A DNA stretch of 64,000 bases from Flaccisagitta enflata. Lineage: Eukaryota. The stretch spans positions 24,428,001 to 24,492,000 of the forward strand of contig OZ231126.1 of NCBI GenBank assembly GCA_965153355.1, given 5' to 3'. The position numbers and the translations under genes are program-made. The notes beneath the pieces were generated by a model. The model made no database searches, was not told the DNA's origin, and was given only the letters and a program-made list of their open reading frames with translations. Of the stretch, positions 40,946 to 52,441 are shown piece by piece; the first letter of the stretch is position 1, and each line of letters opens with the position of its first letter.

Positions 40946-42754
40946 ATGGCTGAAAAAATACACAATGGAGAAAAGAAATTCGAATGCAAAGATTGTGGAA
41001 TGTTTTTCGCCTTTAAGAGTAAATTGACAAGACATGAAAAAATTCATATTGGAGAAAAACCTTTTCACTGCGACAAATGTATCAAACCCTTTTCCACCAA
41101 GGGGGATTTGAAACGTCATAAAATGATTCATAGTGGTGAAAAACCTTTTGCCTGCGCATTATGCGGAAGATCATTTGCTCAAAAATGCAAGCTTAACTCA
41201 CACAGAAAAGTTCACATCCTGCAACAGGCCATTGGTTTACAAGATACTGTCACGCACGAAGGTCTAGTTGCTCACGAAGGCAACCAAGACGTTGTAAAGT
41301 CACATACTGGTGATGAAAGTCAGGAACGAATCTCCGAACAACAAGATGCGGCACTGTGGCCAATTAATGATGATGGAGATAAACCACATGTTTGTAAGGT
41401 CTGCGGAAAGCAATTTTCACGGAAGAAAAGTCTCAAGGAACATGAAAATACTCACATTTTGGATAAGCCTCACAAATGCAATGAATGTGGTATGTCATTT
41501 GCCTCAAAAAGTAAGTTGAATGAACATGAAAGAATTCACAGTGGAGTGAAACCTTACAAATGTAACGTATGTGGAATATCCTTTCGTACAAAGGGTAATC
41601 TTAAAGCACATGGAAGAGTTCATACAACAGAAAAAACACATACATGCAACAGTTGTGGCAAGTCATTTCGCACAAAAGGTAATCTGAAAGAACATGAGGA
41701 CATTCATAGTGAAGAAAAACCGGTTTTTAAGTGTGAAATATGTGGAAGAGAATTCTTCAGAAAAAGTAAGTTGAATGAACATGAAAGAATTCACAGTGGA
41801 GTGAAACCATACAAATGTAACATATGTGGAATATCCTTTCGTACAAAGGGTAATCTTAAAGAACATGGCAGAGTTCATACAACAGAAAAAACACATAGAT
41901 GCAACAGTTGTGGCAAGTCATTTCGCACAAAAGGTAATCTAAAACAACATGAGGGCATTCATAGTGAAGAAAAACCGGTTTTTACGTGTGAAATATGTGG
42001 AAGAGAATTTTTCAGAAAATCGAAATTGATGAGACACGAGATGATTCATACAGGAGAAAAGCCACATAAATGTACTGAATGTGGGAAATCGTTTGGTCAG
42101 AAGGAGAAACTTAAAAGACACATGTTGATTCATCAAGGGAAAAAATCCAATGAAATATATGCTGAAGCTCCACTGAGTAAATTTGTGAAAGGCGGGAGTT
42201 TTAATCTAAATGATGGCGAGGAAAAACATGCAATATGCGACATATGTGGTTTACACTTAACGCGAGGCAGTTTGTGTGAACATGAACAAGCTCATTTAGG
42301 CCAGAAATCTCACGCTTGTATTGAATGTGGAGCGCAGTTCACACAAAAAGAAAGTCTTAAGTCACATATGCAAGTTCATAGTGGCGAGAAAGCTCATGCT
42401 TGCAGGGTATGTGGAAAGCGGTTTTTTAAAATAAGCACCCTCAAACAACATGAAATGACTCACACAGGTGAGAAGCCGTATCAATGCGACAACTGTGGTA
42501 AATCATTTGCATTAAAAAGCTTGCTGACGAAACATCGTAAAATTCACAGCAAAACAAAATCATTTGAATGTGATGTGTGTAGCAAGTCATTTGGCACCAT
42601 TTATCTGCTCCGGAATCATAAAACAATACACAGTGGAGAAAAACCTTACAATTGCAAAGAATGCGGAAAGTCATTTGCTCATAGACGCTCTCTTCACTCG
42701 CATGATTGGGAAAAAAATCGAAAAACGTTTTTCGATTTTTTGAGTTTCGCTTAG
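40946..42754 (+). CDS. Tandem C2H2 zinc-finger protein, 5' part (17 complete fingers plus one cut finger)
   Basis: 602-aa ORF with repeated CxxC-x12-HxxxH and TGEKP-like linkers. The zinc-finger pattern stops at His 42701-42703, and the last ~16 codons derive from an insertion. Confidence 0.9.
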   Translation: MAEKIHNGEKKFECKDCGMFFAFKSKLTRHEKIHIGEKPFHCDKCIKPFSTKGDLKRHKMIHSGEKPFACALCGRSFAQKCKLNSHRKVHILQQAIGLQDTVTHEGLVAHEGNQDVVKSHTGDESQERISEQQDAALWPINDDGDKPHVCKVCGKQFSRKKSLKEHENTHILDKPHKCNECGMSFASKSKLNEHERIHSGVKPYKCNVCGISFRTKGNLKAHGRVHTTEKTHTCNSCGKSFRTKGNLKEHEDIHSEEKPVFKCEICGREFFRKSKLNEHERIHSGVKPYKCNICGISFRTKGNLKEHGRVHTTEKTHRCNSCGKSFRTKGNLKQHEGIHSEEKPVFTCEICGREFFRKSKLMRHEMIHTGEKPHKCTECGKSFGQKEKLKRHMLIHQGKKSNEIYAEAPLSKFVKGGSFNLNDGEEKHAICDICGLHLTRGSLCEHEQAHLGQKSHACIECGAQFTQKESLKSHMQVHSGEKAHACRVCGKRFFKISTLKQHEMTHTGEKPYQCDNCGKSFALKSLLTKHRKIHSKTKSFECDVCSKSFGTIYLLRNHKTIHSGEKPYNCKECGKSFAHRRSLHSHDWEKNRKTFFDFLSFA

Positions 42755-44155
42755 GAATTAATTTTTTCCATTTTCGCTTGAGGTGTTTTGAGGAAGTTGA
42801 GTCACAACTAGGCTCGCCCGAGGCTGGGGTTGAAATTGGTACAGGGTGAAAGAGGGCACTTTTTTACATCCTCTGGAAAAAATCAGGGCACTGTCGGACC
42901 AAAACTTTGTGCGCTATGAATTTTTTAATCTTTTTTTATTTTTTCACATTTTCCGCATTTTTAAAAAAAATCTTCATTTTTCATTGATCGCAATTTTGGG
43001 CCCTAAGTAATAATAAAAATAAGTTAAGCAGAGGGCTGAGGGAGGGAGGAAGGAGAGGGAGGAAGGAAGTAAAGAAGGAGAAGGAGGGAAAGGAGGGAGA
43101 AAGAGGGAGAGGGAGGGGAGGGAGAAGGAGGGAGAGGGAGGGAGGGGGAGGGACAGGGAGAGGGAGAGGAAGAGAGGGAGGTGGGAAAGGGGGAGGGAGA
43201 GAGGAGGGAGAGAGGGAAAGAGAGGGAAGGAGAGGAGGGAAGGAGAGGGGGGAGGGAGAGGGAGGGAGAACTAGTCATCCAAGGATCGCACATGGTCAGC
43301 GGTACCCGATGCCCTCCTGGGAGTGATCCAGTGAAGAAGTGGAGTGAGAGCAGGGCAGCGGCCCCAAAGGGCCGATGTCCTGTAAAACACAGGGGGGAAT
43401 TTCCATACGTCCTGAGGGGGCATATTTCAGTCCTTAGATGACCAATTGGGGTTGCTGAAGGCATATTTGAAGGCTGGAGGGCAGAATTAAGGCTCGGAGA
43501 GCCAATTTGAGGTTTGGAGGGCAAATTTAAGCCATGGAGGGCTGATTTTATGCTTGGAGGGATAATTGAAAGTCTGGAAGGCAGATTTGAGGTCTGGAGG
43601 TCAGATTTGATGTGGGGGGGCTGATTTGAAGCCTGGAAAGCTGATTTGAGGCCTGGAGGGCTATATTGAGGGCTGGGAGGGCAAATCTGAGGGCTCGAAG
43701 GGCAAATGAGGGCTTGGAGGGCAAATTTGAGGGCTCAGGGCAAATTTGAGGGCTTGGAGGGCAAATTTGAGGCCAACAGGGGGATGACAGACGGAAGGAC
43801 GGACGGACGTATGGCCCTCCCCTACATGACATCGCCCATTGGACACTGCCCAAAAAGAGGGTGAGGGAGAGGGGGAGGGAAAGGGAGGGAGAGAAGGAAA
43901 GAGAGAGGGAGAAAGAGAGAGGGAGGGAGAGGGGGAGGGACAGAGGGAGGGAGGGAAGAAGAGAGGCAGAGAGGGAGGGAGAGAAGGAGGGAGCAAAGGA
44001 TGGAGACAGAGAGATACAGAGAGAGGGTGAGAGACAAACACACACAAAAACACACACACACACAAGCTTGTGAATGAAATGAGGAGAAAGAAAAAACTGA
44101 ATGAAATAAAAACAATTTTACGATTTTTTTCCGGTCGGCGAGAGCCGCCTTTACT
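42704..44155. mobile_element. Composite insertion in the zinc-finger gene (non-autonomous DNA-transposon-like, with a nested HINE and GA-rich tracts)
   Basis: Interrupts one finger, and has no GT-AG at the junctions. Imperfect inverted ends: ggaaaaaaatcgaaaaacgttttt (from 42709) versus aaaaacaattttacgatttttttcc (to 44132). Confidence 0.7.
43269..43856 (-). mobile_element. HINE family B variant nested in the zinc-finger insertion
   Basis: aactagtcatccaaggatcgcacatggtcagcggtaccc, gggcagcggcccc arm, 21-bp gagggcaaatttgagggcttg array, end actgcccaaaaa. Confidence 0.72.
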
Positions 44156-45250
44156 GGTAAAGTGCATAACAGGCAGAAAACTGGTAATTTACCAAGAGAT
44201 GACACATATAGTGGTCCTGTTGTGCACAGAGACAACCACAATGTCATAAGATCACATAGCGGTGTAGCATATGAGGCAGAATTTGCCCAGAAACATGGTC
44301 TCGTAACAAGCCTGTCAATCCTTGCGAAGTCTCATACTTGCAGCATATGTGGAAAACTATTTCAACAAAAGAAAAGTCTTAAACAACATGAAATAACTCA
44401 CACTGGAGAAAAACCTTTTAAATGCAATGAATGCGAAAAATCATTTGGAACAAAAACTAAACTCAAAGAACATGAAAGAATTCATACTGGAGAAAAACTT
44501 TATAAATGCAATGAATGTGAGAAGTTTTTTGGCACAAAAGGTATCCTGAAAGCACATGGAAGAATTCATAGTGGAGAAAAACTTTATAAATGCAATGTAT
44601 GTGGAAAGGCATTTGGTACAAACAGTAGGCTGAAAGAGCATGGAAAAATTCATAGTGGAGAAAAACCATTTCAATGTGAAAAATGCATAAAGAAATTTGC
44701 TTTTAAATCAAAATTAGAAAGACACAAGATGACCCACACAGAGGAAAGACCATATCCATGCAGTGATTGCGGAAGATCGTTTCGTGAGAAGGGAAAAGTA
44801 AAGCGACACATGTTAACTCATCTAAGGAAAAATTCGGATGTTATCATTACCAAACTGAATGAAAGTATGAATGATGAGAATACTGAACACAAAGTGGAAA
44901 AACTCGGTATCATTCATGAGGAGGACGAACAGAAATGCGAGAAAAGCCGCACACAATTCTTACCCCAAGAGTGTGGGTCTTCACATAAACAGATTGGCAG
45001 AAAATCACGCGAATGCATCGAATGTGGAGCGCAGTTCACTGGACTTAGAGCGCTTCATAATCATATGCTAGCTCATAATGGTACAAAGCTCCATGATTGT
45101 ATGGTGTGCGGGAAGCGGTTTTTGCAGAAGGGAGGTCTAAAAGCGCATCTTTTGACCCACACTGGGTAACGGCATCATGGATGCAATATATGTGGGAAGA
45201 CGTTTACTCGAAAAAGTAAATTGGTACGACATGAAATTATTCGTAGCAGA
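44156..45250 (+). pseudogene. C2H2 zinc-finger gene, 3' part (8 fingers, in-frame TAA at 45167-45169, then one degenerate finger)
   Basis: ORF 44162..45169 is preceded in frame by GGT AAA, giving (G)KVH, which completes the cut finger. After HTG-TAA the frame continues RHHGCNICGKTFTRKSKLVRHEII. Confidence 0.75.
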
Positions 45251-45251
45251 G

Positions 45252-45445
45252 AAACAAGGTCAGACATACAGTTACCCTAGTCGCGTGCGGTTGGTTAGGG
45301 GCAGTTATTAGATGTCGTGATAGGCAGGGATAGCTTTGCAAGAACTGCCTGTCAACGCCTGAAAAAGGTGTGAGTGTAACCAACAGACTTAATGACCAAC
45401 TAACTGATGGTAAGACCGATCAATGAAGCATCACGCGACTACAAT
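45252..45445 (-). mobile_element. HINE family A, degenerate
   Basis: aaacaaggtcagacatacagttaccctagtcgcgtgcgg ... cacgcgactac. Confidence 0.6.
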
Positions 45446-45639
45446 GCAAAAAGTCCGTGAAAATTCATATCTCACAGTGAAAAAAGTCATTTTCTCCACG
45501 AAACTGATACTAAAAAATCAGACAGACATTGCATAACGCATATGTTTCGGTCTCTATAAGCATCAGTGCTCGTTTTAATCATAAATTGGTCCTCAGATGA
45601 CATGATTAAGTATACACACTTGAAAGATAGTACAAATTT

Positions 45640-46529
45640 GGGTCTACGTGTAGGAGACGGCCGGACTTAGTTAGCAGTTATCCGACCTTACTTTTACCGC
45701 GGATTTCGTTAGGGTGGGACATTTGGTGGGGGTACAGTTTGTATGTAGGGTCATGTCTAGGGGCAGGGTCGGGTTAAGGGGTAGGGTTGGGTTAGGAGGT
45801 AGGGTTGGGTTTAGGTGGTAGGGTCGGGTTTAGGGGGTAGGGTTGGGTTTAGGGGTAGGGTTGGGTTTAGGGGTAGCGTTGGATTTAGGGGTAGGGTTGG
45901 ACTTAGGGTAGGCTGGATTTGGAGGGCTGGATTCAGGGTAGGTTGAATTTAGGGTAGGGTTGGGCTTAGGGCAGGGCTGAGTTTAGGTAGGGTTGGGTTT
46001 AGGGGTTGTGCTGAGGTAGGGCTGGGCTTAGGAAGGTTTAGGTAGGGGCTGAGTTCAGGGTGGGCCAGGGCCAGGGCTGGGTTTAGGGTTACTACTTTAA
46101 AGGTTTAGGGTGGGTTTAGGGTAGGTGGGTTTGGTAGGAGTGTTTAGGGCAGGAGTGGGTTTAGGGGGGGGAAGTGGGTTTAGGGGTGGGGCGAGGGTAG
46201 AGTCAGAGTTAGCTGTAATTATTGTATGTCGGGGCAGTGTCGCATGAAAAAATCCTACAATATGTGCTAACGTATGAAATGTGCAACAAAAAGTATCTTA
46301 CAAAAAACTTTAGGAAAACGTTTTTGAAAAATAAACTTAACATATAAAAGTAAAATAAAACATTCAAAAGCTACTCATTTCTGTATAGTATATGCTTCCA
46401 CTCATATACTTACATATCCAATTTTAGGTACGACCTAAATTTAGTGGTTACTGAAATTCAAAACCTTTGGATAAGTAATTTTTATGCAGAAAACAAGACT
46501 ATGTCAGGCCGGCTCCTACACCTAAGCCC
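45640..46529. mobile_element. TIR element with an internal telomere-like G-rich array
   Basis: Imperfect ~32-bp TIR gggtctacgtgtaggagacggccggacttagt / actatgtcaggccggctcctacacctaagccc, flanked by AAATTT on both sides. ~17-bp GGGTTTAGGGGTAGGGT repeats at 45758-46200. Confidence 0.75.
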
Positions 46530-47093
46530 AAATTTGTTTTATGTGCAAAGTTTTTTTTTTGTGATCATACTCAATCCCATATGAAATATCGGAAGATCTG
46601 TGTAAGTTTGAAATTTTACATTTGGAACTTCAACTTTTGAAGAAACTTAAGAAACAATGGAGGTGCTTAAAATGCGTTTAAAGCCCTAACAGTTCCCCAA
46701 CGATCGCTCATTGGGTATTTTTGCAACAAAGCCGTTTCTTCTTCACTGTTCATCACTTTTTTGCATTGGTCTATCCTCCATCAAAACACTCTTGTACGTT
46801 CGTGACATTACAAGGGCTTAACTGTTGTATAATGAATTTTTTTAATGATTACATAGCCTTATGATTGTCATTTAAATTCCAAAAATAACGCAACAAAAAA
46901 AAAAAAAAAAAAAAAAAAGTATTAGTAAAAGTATACCAATTGATACAAACAGGCAGCTTATTGAACCATGTGCGCGGGACTCAAGATGCGGAAGTGAGCG
47001 GTCGCTTTGCAACCAATGCCCCAAACAAAAAGAGATAGAACACAAAGTTACCAACACATCGTGGCTACAAAAGGCAAAAAAAGATAAGTGCAC

Positions 47094-47307
<214 letters not shown>

Positions 47308-47311
47308 GTAT

Positions 47312-47697
47312 AAAGGAAAAGGAAGACGAAAATCGGAAACAAGGACGGTCGGCAGGTAGGCATCGGGCAGGTAGGTAGGAAGACAGGCAGGCAGGTCGGC
47401 ATCAGGCAGGCAAGTAGGAAAACAGGCGGGCAGGTCGGTCCGTAGCAAAGGAAAAAGAAGATGAATATCGGAAACATTGATGGTCGGCAGAAAGGCAGGC
47501 AGGCATCAGGCAGGCAGATGAAAAGACAGGAAGGCAGGTCGGCTTGTAGCAAAGGAAAAGGAAGACGGATATCGGAAACAAGGATGGTCGGCAGAACGGC
47601 AGGCAGGCATTGGGCAGACAGCTAGGCAGGTAGGAGGACAGGCAGGCAAGTCGGCTCGTGGCAAAGGAAAAGGAAGACGAATATCGAAAACAAGGAT
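47312..47697. repeat. Degenerate ~105-135-bp tandem repeat, ~3.3 copies
   Basis: aaaggaaaa.gaaga.g.a.atcg.aaaca recurs at 47312, 47447, 47551 and 47663. Confidence 0.75.
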
Positions 47698-48008
47698 TGC
47701 CGCCATTTCCGAAGGGAAAAATGCGAAGGGAAAAACCGCCCAAAGAAGGCGATAAAAATCCAAATGGAATCGAAGAACATTTTTCTCTTTTTCCGCGTCG
47801 TCGCGAGAAAAGGAAGAAAACAAAAAAAGGTTGAAACAAAACCGAAGATAACGCAAAATGAACAGAAAAGAAGAAAGAAAGAAATATGATAGGAAGGGAA
47901 GGCAAAGCTGTAAAATTGGAAAAAAAAGAAAAAAAAAAAAAAAAGAAAAGAAAACGATAGCTAGTGAAAAAGAGAAAGTAGGAGAAAGAGAGGAGGGGAC
48001 AACAATAA

Positions 48009-48172
<164 letters not shown>

Positions 48173-48919
48173 AAAAAAAAAACAACCGAATATCCGATGA
48201 AAATAAAAAAATAAAAAGAATAAATAGAATGGATAGGAAAGTGAGGGAGAAAAAATGCGAAGATGCGGTGACAAATTTGGTGACAAAGTGTAAAAAATTG
48301 ATATCGTGGGAAAGCAACGCAACGTCTGGAGAGAGATGGCCCGTGAGGGAGGAAGACAGTGAGAGCATAGAAATGGGAAAAACCTTGATGATGAGGGGTA
48401 CTCCCGAGTGTATACAGCTTCAGACGAATAAGTGTAAGGAAAGTTGAAGATTGCATTTCTATTCATGGTACAGTACGATGGGAGCAATGATGACCTTGAC
48501 TGGAGGATAGATTTTAAGTATCCTAATCTTATTTGTATTATAAGATATTTGAGATCTAGGCTAATTAAAGGTTACTCTATTGAGTAAATGCATTTGCATC
48601 TCTTAAACTTCAACTTGTGACTTGACCTCATCAAGACTTAATTTTTAAAGGTTCTAAGTTATCTTATTAGTTTAGATGATAAATTCTATATAATTTTGAA
48701 AAAAAAACTCAGCTCAATTGGACTATTTTTTCAGGTTTTACGGCCATCTTAAATAAACAAAAGCTATGTAAATTAATTTTTGGGCAAAACTTTAAATGGC
48801 CATAAAACCTGTAAAAATGAACAGATTGAGCTGAGTCTTTTTTAAAACCTTATAAAATTTACCACCTGACCTACAGTGGGGTTCGTGGAATAACAGCCTA
48901 AACTGGAGGAAGGTATTTA

Positions 48920-49429
48920 AGTGTCTTAATTTCATTTGACAAACTTGATATTTGAAATATAAGTTGTTCACTCGATGCTTCTGTCCCTGAGTTTTTTGGT
49001 TGCTATGGAAACCAAAATTATTTTTTCAGACATTAATAACCACAAAAATCTCAATATGTTGAGAAATATTGTCAGGGAACATTGCTTAAAATTGAATTTG
49101 CTACAACTTTCCCACAGTATGTTCTGTAAGAATATTGCTTGTTTGGCTGTTGCTAGGGGACATCACACCTAGCAACCGCTAAATGATGCTCCCTAGCAAC
49201 GGCTAAACGAGCAATATTCTTACAGGACATACTGTGGGAAAGTTGTAGCAAATTTAATTCTGAGCAATGTTCCTTGATAATATTTGTCAAAATATTAATA
49301 TTCTAGTTGTTATAAATGTTCAAAAAAATAATTTTGGTTTCCATAGCAACCAAAAAACTCAGGGACAGAAGCATCAAGTGAACAACTTATATTTCAAATA
49401 TCAAGTTTGTCAAATGATATTAAGACACT
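48920..49429. mobile_element. 510-bp near-perfect palindromic MITE inserted in the left TIR of the Tc1-like element
   Basis: TA|AGTGTCTTAAT...ATTAAGACACT|TA; the arms are complementary almost to the centre (~49175). Confidence 0.88.
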
Positions 49430-49565
49430 TACTATCTTGGAAAAAAGTTTATCGCATTATGGATTAAGGAGCATTTTATGGACAAGATGATACAATTAAC
49501 ATGTCTGTAACAATAGTGATATTTGGTCTTGGCCTCCTTAACCTTTCCACATGCACTCATGCGTC

Positions 49566-49865
49566 TTAGCAAGCTTTTGTACTGCGACTGAGGGTATGAT
49601 AGCGTGATCTTCCTCCGGTCTTAAGCACAATTTTTTTTAGTCTTGCCATCCATGTTGCACATTCTCTACTTTGCCATTGCTTCAATTGGGACTGTAAAGA
49701 TTCAATCAGGTTGAGATCTGGGCTGTTCCTAGGGTAATTGAAGAAGTGTTTGACCTTTGATATTGTGCCTTTGGTGCTATTGCTTCGTTGAAACAGCCAG
49801 ATGAGGTGGCACGCCATCTTCCATGAACCGCGTACCAAAAATGCCATTTTTATGCCATTTTTCAC
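49566..49865 (-). pseudogene. Tc1/mariner DDE transposase C-terminal fragment
   Basis: YPRNSPDLNLIESL matches the Tc1/IS630 WPxxSPDLNPIE motif; lies inside the TIRs. Confidence 0.75.
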
Positions 49866-50411
49866 AAGAGGTACCTAGCTTCATTCAGCTCTCATTTCTA
49901 AACGGTTAGATGCACAGGAGCGCAGTTGGTGCCAACTGCTAGAAAATTCGAAGATGTTTCAGAATCTCACCAATTTTTTGTAGATCTTTTTATTTCTAAT
50001 GGAGATATGAGGCTTTATGTGATGCGATAAACTTTTTTCCAAGGTTGTAAATACCTTCCTCCAGTTTAGGCTGTTATTCCACGAACCCCACTGTATTGAG
50101 ATAGGTAAAAATTTTGAAAAATGAAGTCGTGATGAGGTCAAGTCACAAGTTGAAGTTTGAGAGATACCAATGCATTCACTCAATAAAGCATCCTTTAATT
50201 AGCCAAGATTTCAAAAATTTTATAATACAAATAAAATAAAAAATACCTAAAATCTATCCTCCAGTCTAGGTCGTCATTGCTCCCATCGTACTGTACATTA
50301 CGATTTACACCGTATGTTTTAATCAGCGACTGCTGTTTGGACATCTGTAGAATTCATCACCCATCCAAGTCTGTCTGTAGATGAAGGCAGTCAAATCTCA
50401 CCTAAATGCTA

Positions 50412-50638
50412 CCATCTTGGCGGTAAGAAACGCGACAGTTGCTAAAAGTAGTATCAATTTTGGAGGATTGCTGCTTTTAAACGGAATAAGCTACAGACCC
50501 TAGATTGGGCCCATTTTAAAGGTCAAATCTTCAAAATGAGACCAAGTTGAAGTCTATAGCTTTATTCGTTTAGGAGCAGCGCTCTTCCAAAGTTGATGCT
50601 AGTTTTAGCAACTGTCCCGTTTCTTTCCGCCAAGATAG
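50412..50638. mobile_element. Palindromic TA-flanked MITE related to 19075-19681
   Basis: TA|ccatcttggcggtaagaaacgcgacag ... ctgtcccgtttctttccgccaagatag|TA. Confidence 0.8.
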
Positions 50639-51120
50639 TAGTTATCAATTCATGAGAGCTTCGTGAGCTAAACCATGATGCATTTTGAAATAGTACAATC
50701 CTGTGATGAGAGTGATTTGTTTTATTCAATCGTATTTCTATTTCACCAAATTTGAAAACTAGCTTTCAAACAGCTAGAGCCCAAAGAATCGTGCGAATGC
50801 GTGTATGCATATTCACTTCGGATACCTTGCTTATGAATGTTGTTGATAAATCGATGAGAGAAAATCCTCAAAAGCCCAGGCGGAGCCGGAATGTAGCAAA
50901 GGCATCTAGATAAAGAAAGGCAAAATACAAAAAGAAAAAAAAAGAGCAAAGAGTGAAAAATCAGGTACACACACAAAAAACGGCGGCGGAACTAAAGAAA
51001 AGGTAGAAAAATAAGAAAAGCCTCGGGAATCGAAGAAATTTCTCGAGACGGCAATTTGAACATTTTTCATCCGCCGAAGAAACGCTGCCTTGAACAGCGC
51101 CACCATCATTATTCAACGTC

Positions 51121-51168
<48 letters not shown>

Positions 51169-51169
<1 letters not shown>

Positions 51170-52441
51170 ACAGGTCGCCCACGGGCAATATGTGGTCAGC
51201 GATACCCGTTGCCCTGCTTTGCATGATTGTAAATTTGTGTGAGGGGAAGCAGGGCAGCGGCCCCAAAGGGGACGAAGTCCTGTAGAACACAGGGGGACTT
51301 TCGTTCGTCCTGCCTGAAAATGTTGATTAGATGCTGAATCAGCTGATTAAAGGCTTTCAAGAGTCCGAAGGCTTTGCCAAGGCTAATTTGAGGCCTGTGA
51401 GGCCAGGTTTGAGGTCATGAGGCCTGACAGGCAAGATTTGAGGCCTTAGAGGCCAGATTTGATGCCGAGTTTGAGGCTTGAGAGGCCAGATTTAAGGCCT
51501 GAGAGGCCTAATTTGAGGCCTGAGAGGGCTAATTTAAGGCCTGCAAGGCCAATTTTGAGGCCGGACAGACCAGATTTGAGGAGGAGGGCACTCTAGGCCT
51601 CATCTGAAATGCTCCCAAACCAGTCAAGGCAGAATTGGACTAGAGTGGTTGCAATTAATATGTTTTATGAGGGATCTTTAAAAACAAAGTTTTTTTGGGC
51701 CCTGATTGATACTTTATTTGCATAACTCCTCTTGTTCTACATTATCTTTTAACACAACCTATTATTGACAATTTTCGAAAATTATAGGATGAAAATTCCC
51801 AAAATTTATTTATTTTTATTTTTTTCAAATAATCAGTTATTTTGTTTAATATCTGAAAATATCAAAGCAGGAAATGAAAAATGTAGATTATTTTTATTTC
51901 TTGACTATTTTTCCTGATAGATTTTTATATCCTTAAAGAAGAATTTGAATAATTCTTTCTTTAGAATTAATAAAAAATTGTGTCAAAATCAGGATAAAGC
52001 TAAACAGTGAAAACAAATGATAAATCAACCTTTTTCATAGATAAGATAAACCAGTTTTTAAGATCCCCAGAAGAAACAAAAATAAAAGACACCAATTAAA
52101 AATGAAAATGAGGGATATTTTGCTTCATTCTACTCAAGTACGAATTCTGACTAAAGTGGTTTCAGTTAAGTCTAGTCCAAAATTCGGCGTAAAATGGTTC
52201 CCCCGATTTGAGGCCTGACAGGCCTGATGAGGCCTGAGAGGCCCGATTTGAAAGGCCGAATTTGAGGCTTGAGAGGCCAGATTTTAGGCCTGTCAGGCCA
52301 GATTTCAAGCCTGAGAGGCCGGATTTGAGGCCTGAGGGGCCTGATGGGGGGGGGGGACAGACGAACAAACAAACGAACGAACGAACGAGTGAACGAACGG
52401 ACGGACGGATGGACGAACGAAAGTCCCCCTGTGTTCTACAG
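51169..52441 (-). mobile_element. HINE family B variant interrupted by an AT-rich insert (~51585-52203)
   Basis: caggtcgcccacgggcaatatgtggtcagcgataccc; arm cctgtagaacacagggggactttcgttcgtcc inverted at 52411-52442; the 21-bp array is present on both sides of the insert. Confidence 0.7.

Larger units (their letters stand above)
48874..50093 (-). mobile_element. Internally deleted Tc1-like transposon
   Basis: TA|CAGTGGGGTTCGTGGAATAACAGCCTAAACTGGAGGAAGGTATTTA, perfectly inverted at the right end, TA TSD; contains a transposase remnant. Confidence 0.88.
48471..50293. mobile_element. Outer foldback MITE (Tc1/mariner-type ends) hosting nested elements
   Basis: TA|CAGTACGATGGGAGCAATGA ... TCATTGCTCCCATCGTACTG|TA; inverted similarity extends ~160 bp. 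Confidence 0.88.

Noticed and set aside
42704-44155. Ordinary intron in the zinc-finger gene
   Set aside because: No GT/GC donor or AG acceptor at the positions that would restore the finger.
45758-46200. True telomere
   Set aside because: Degenerate, interstitial and enclosed by TIRs.
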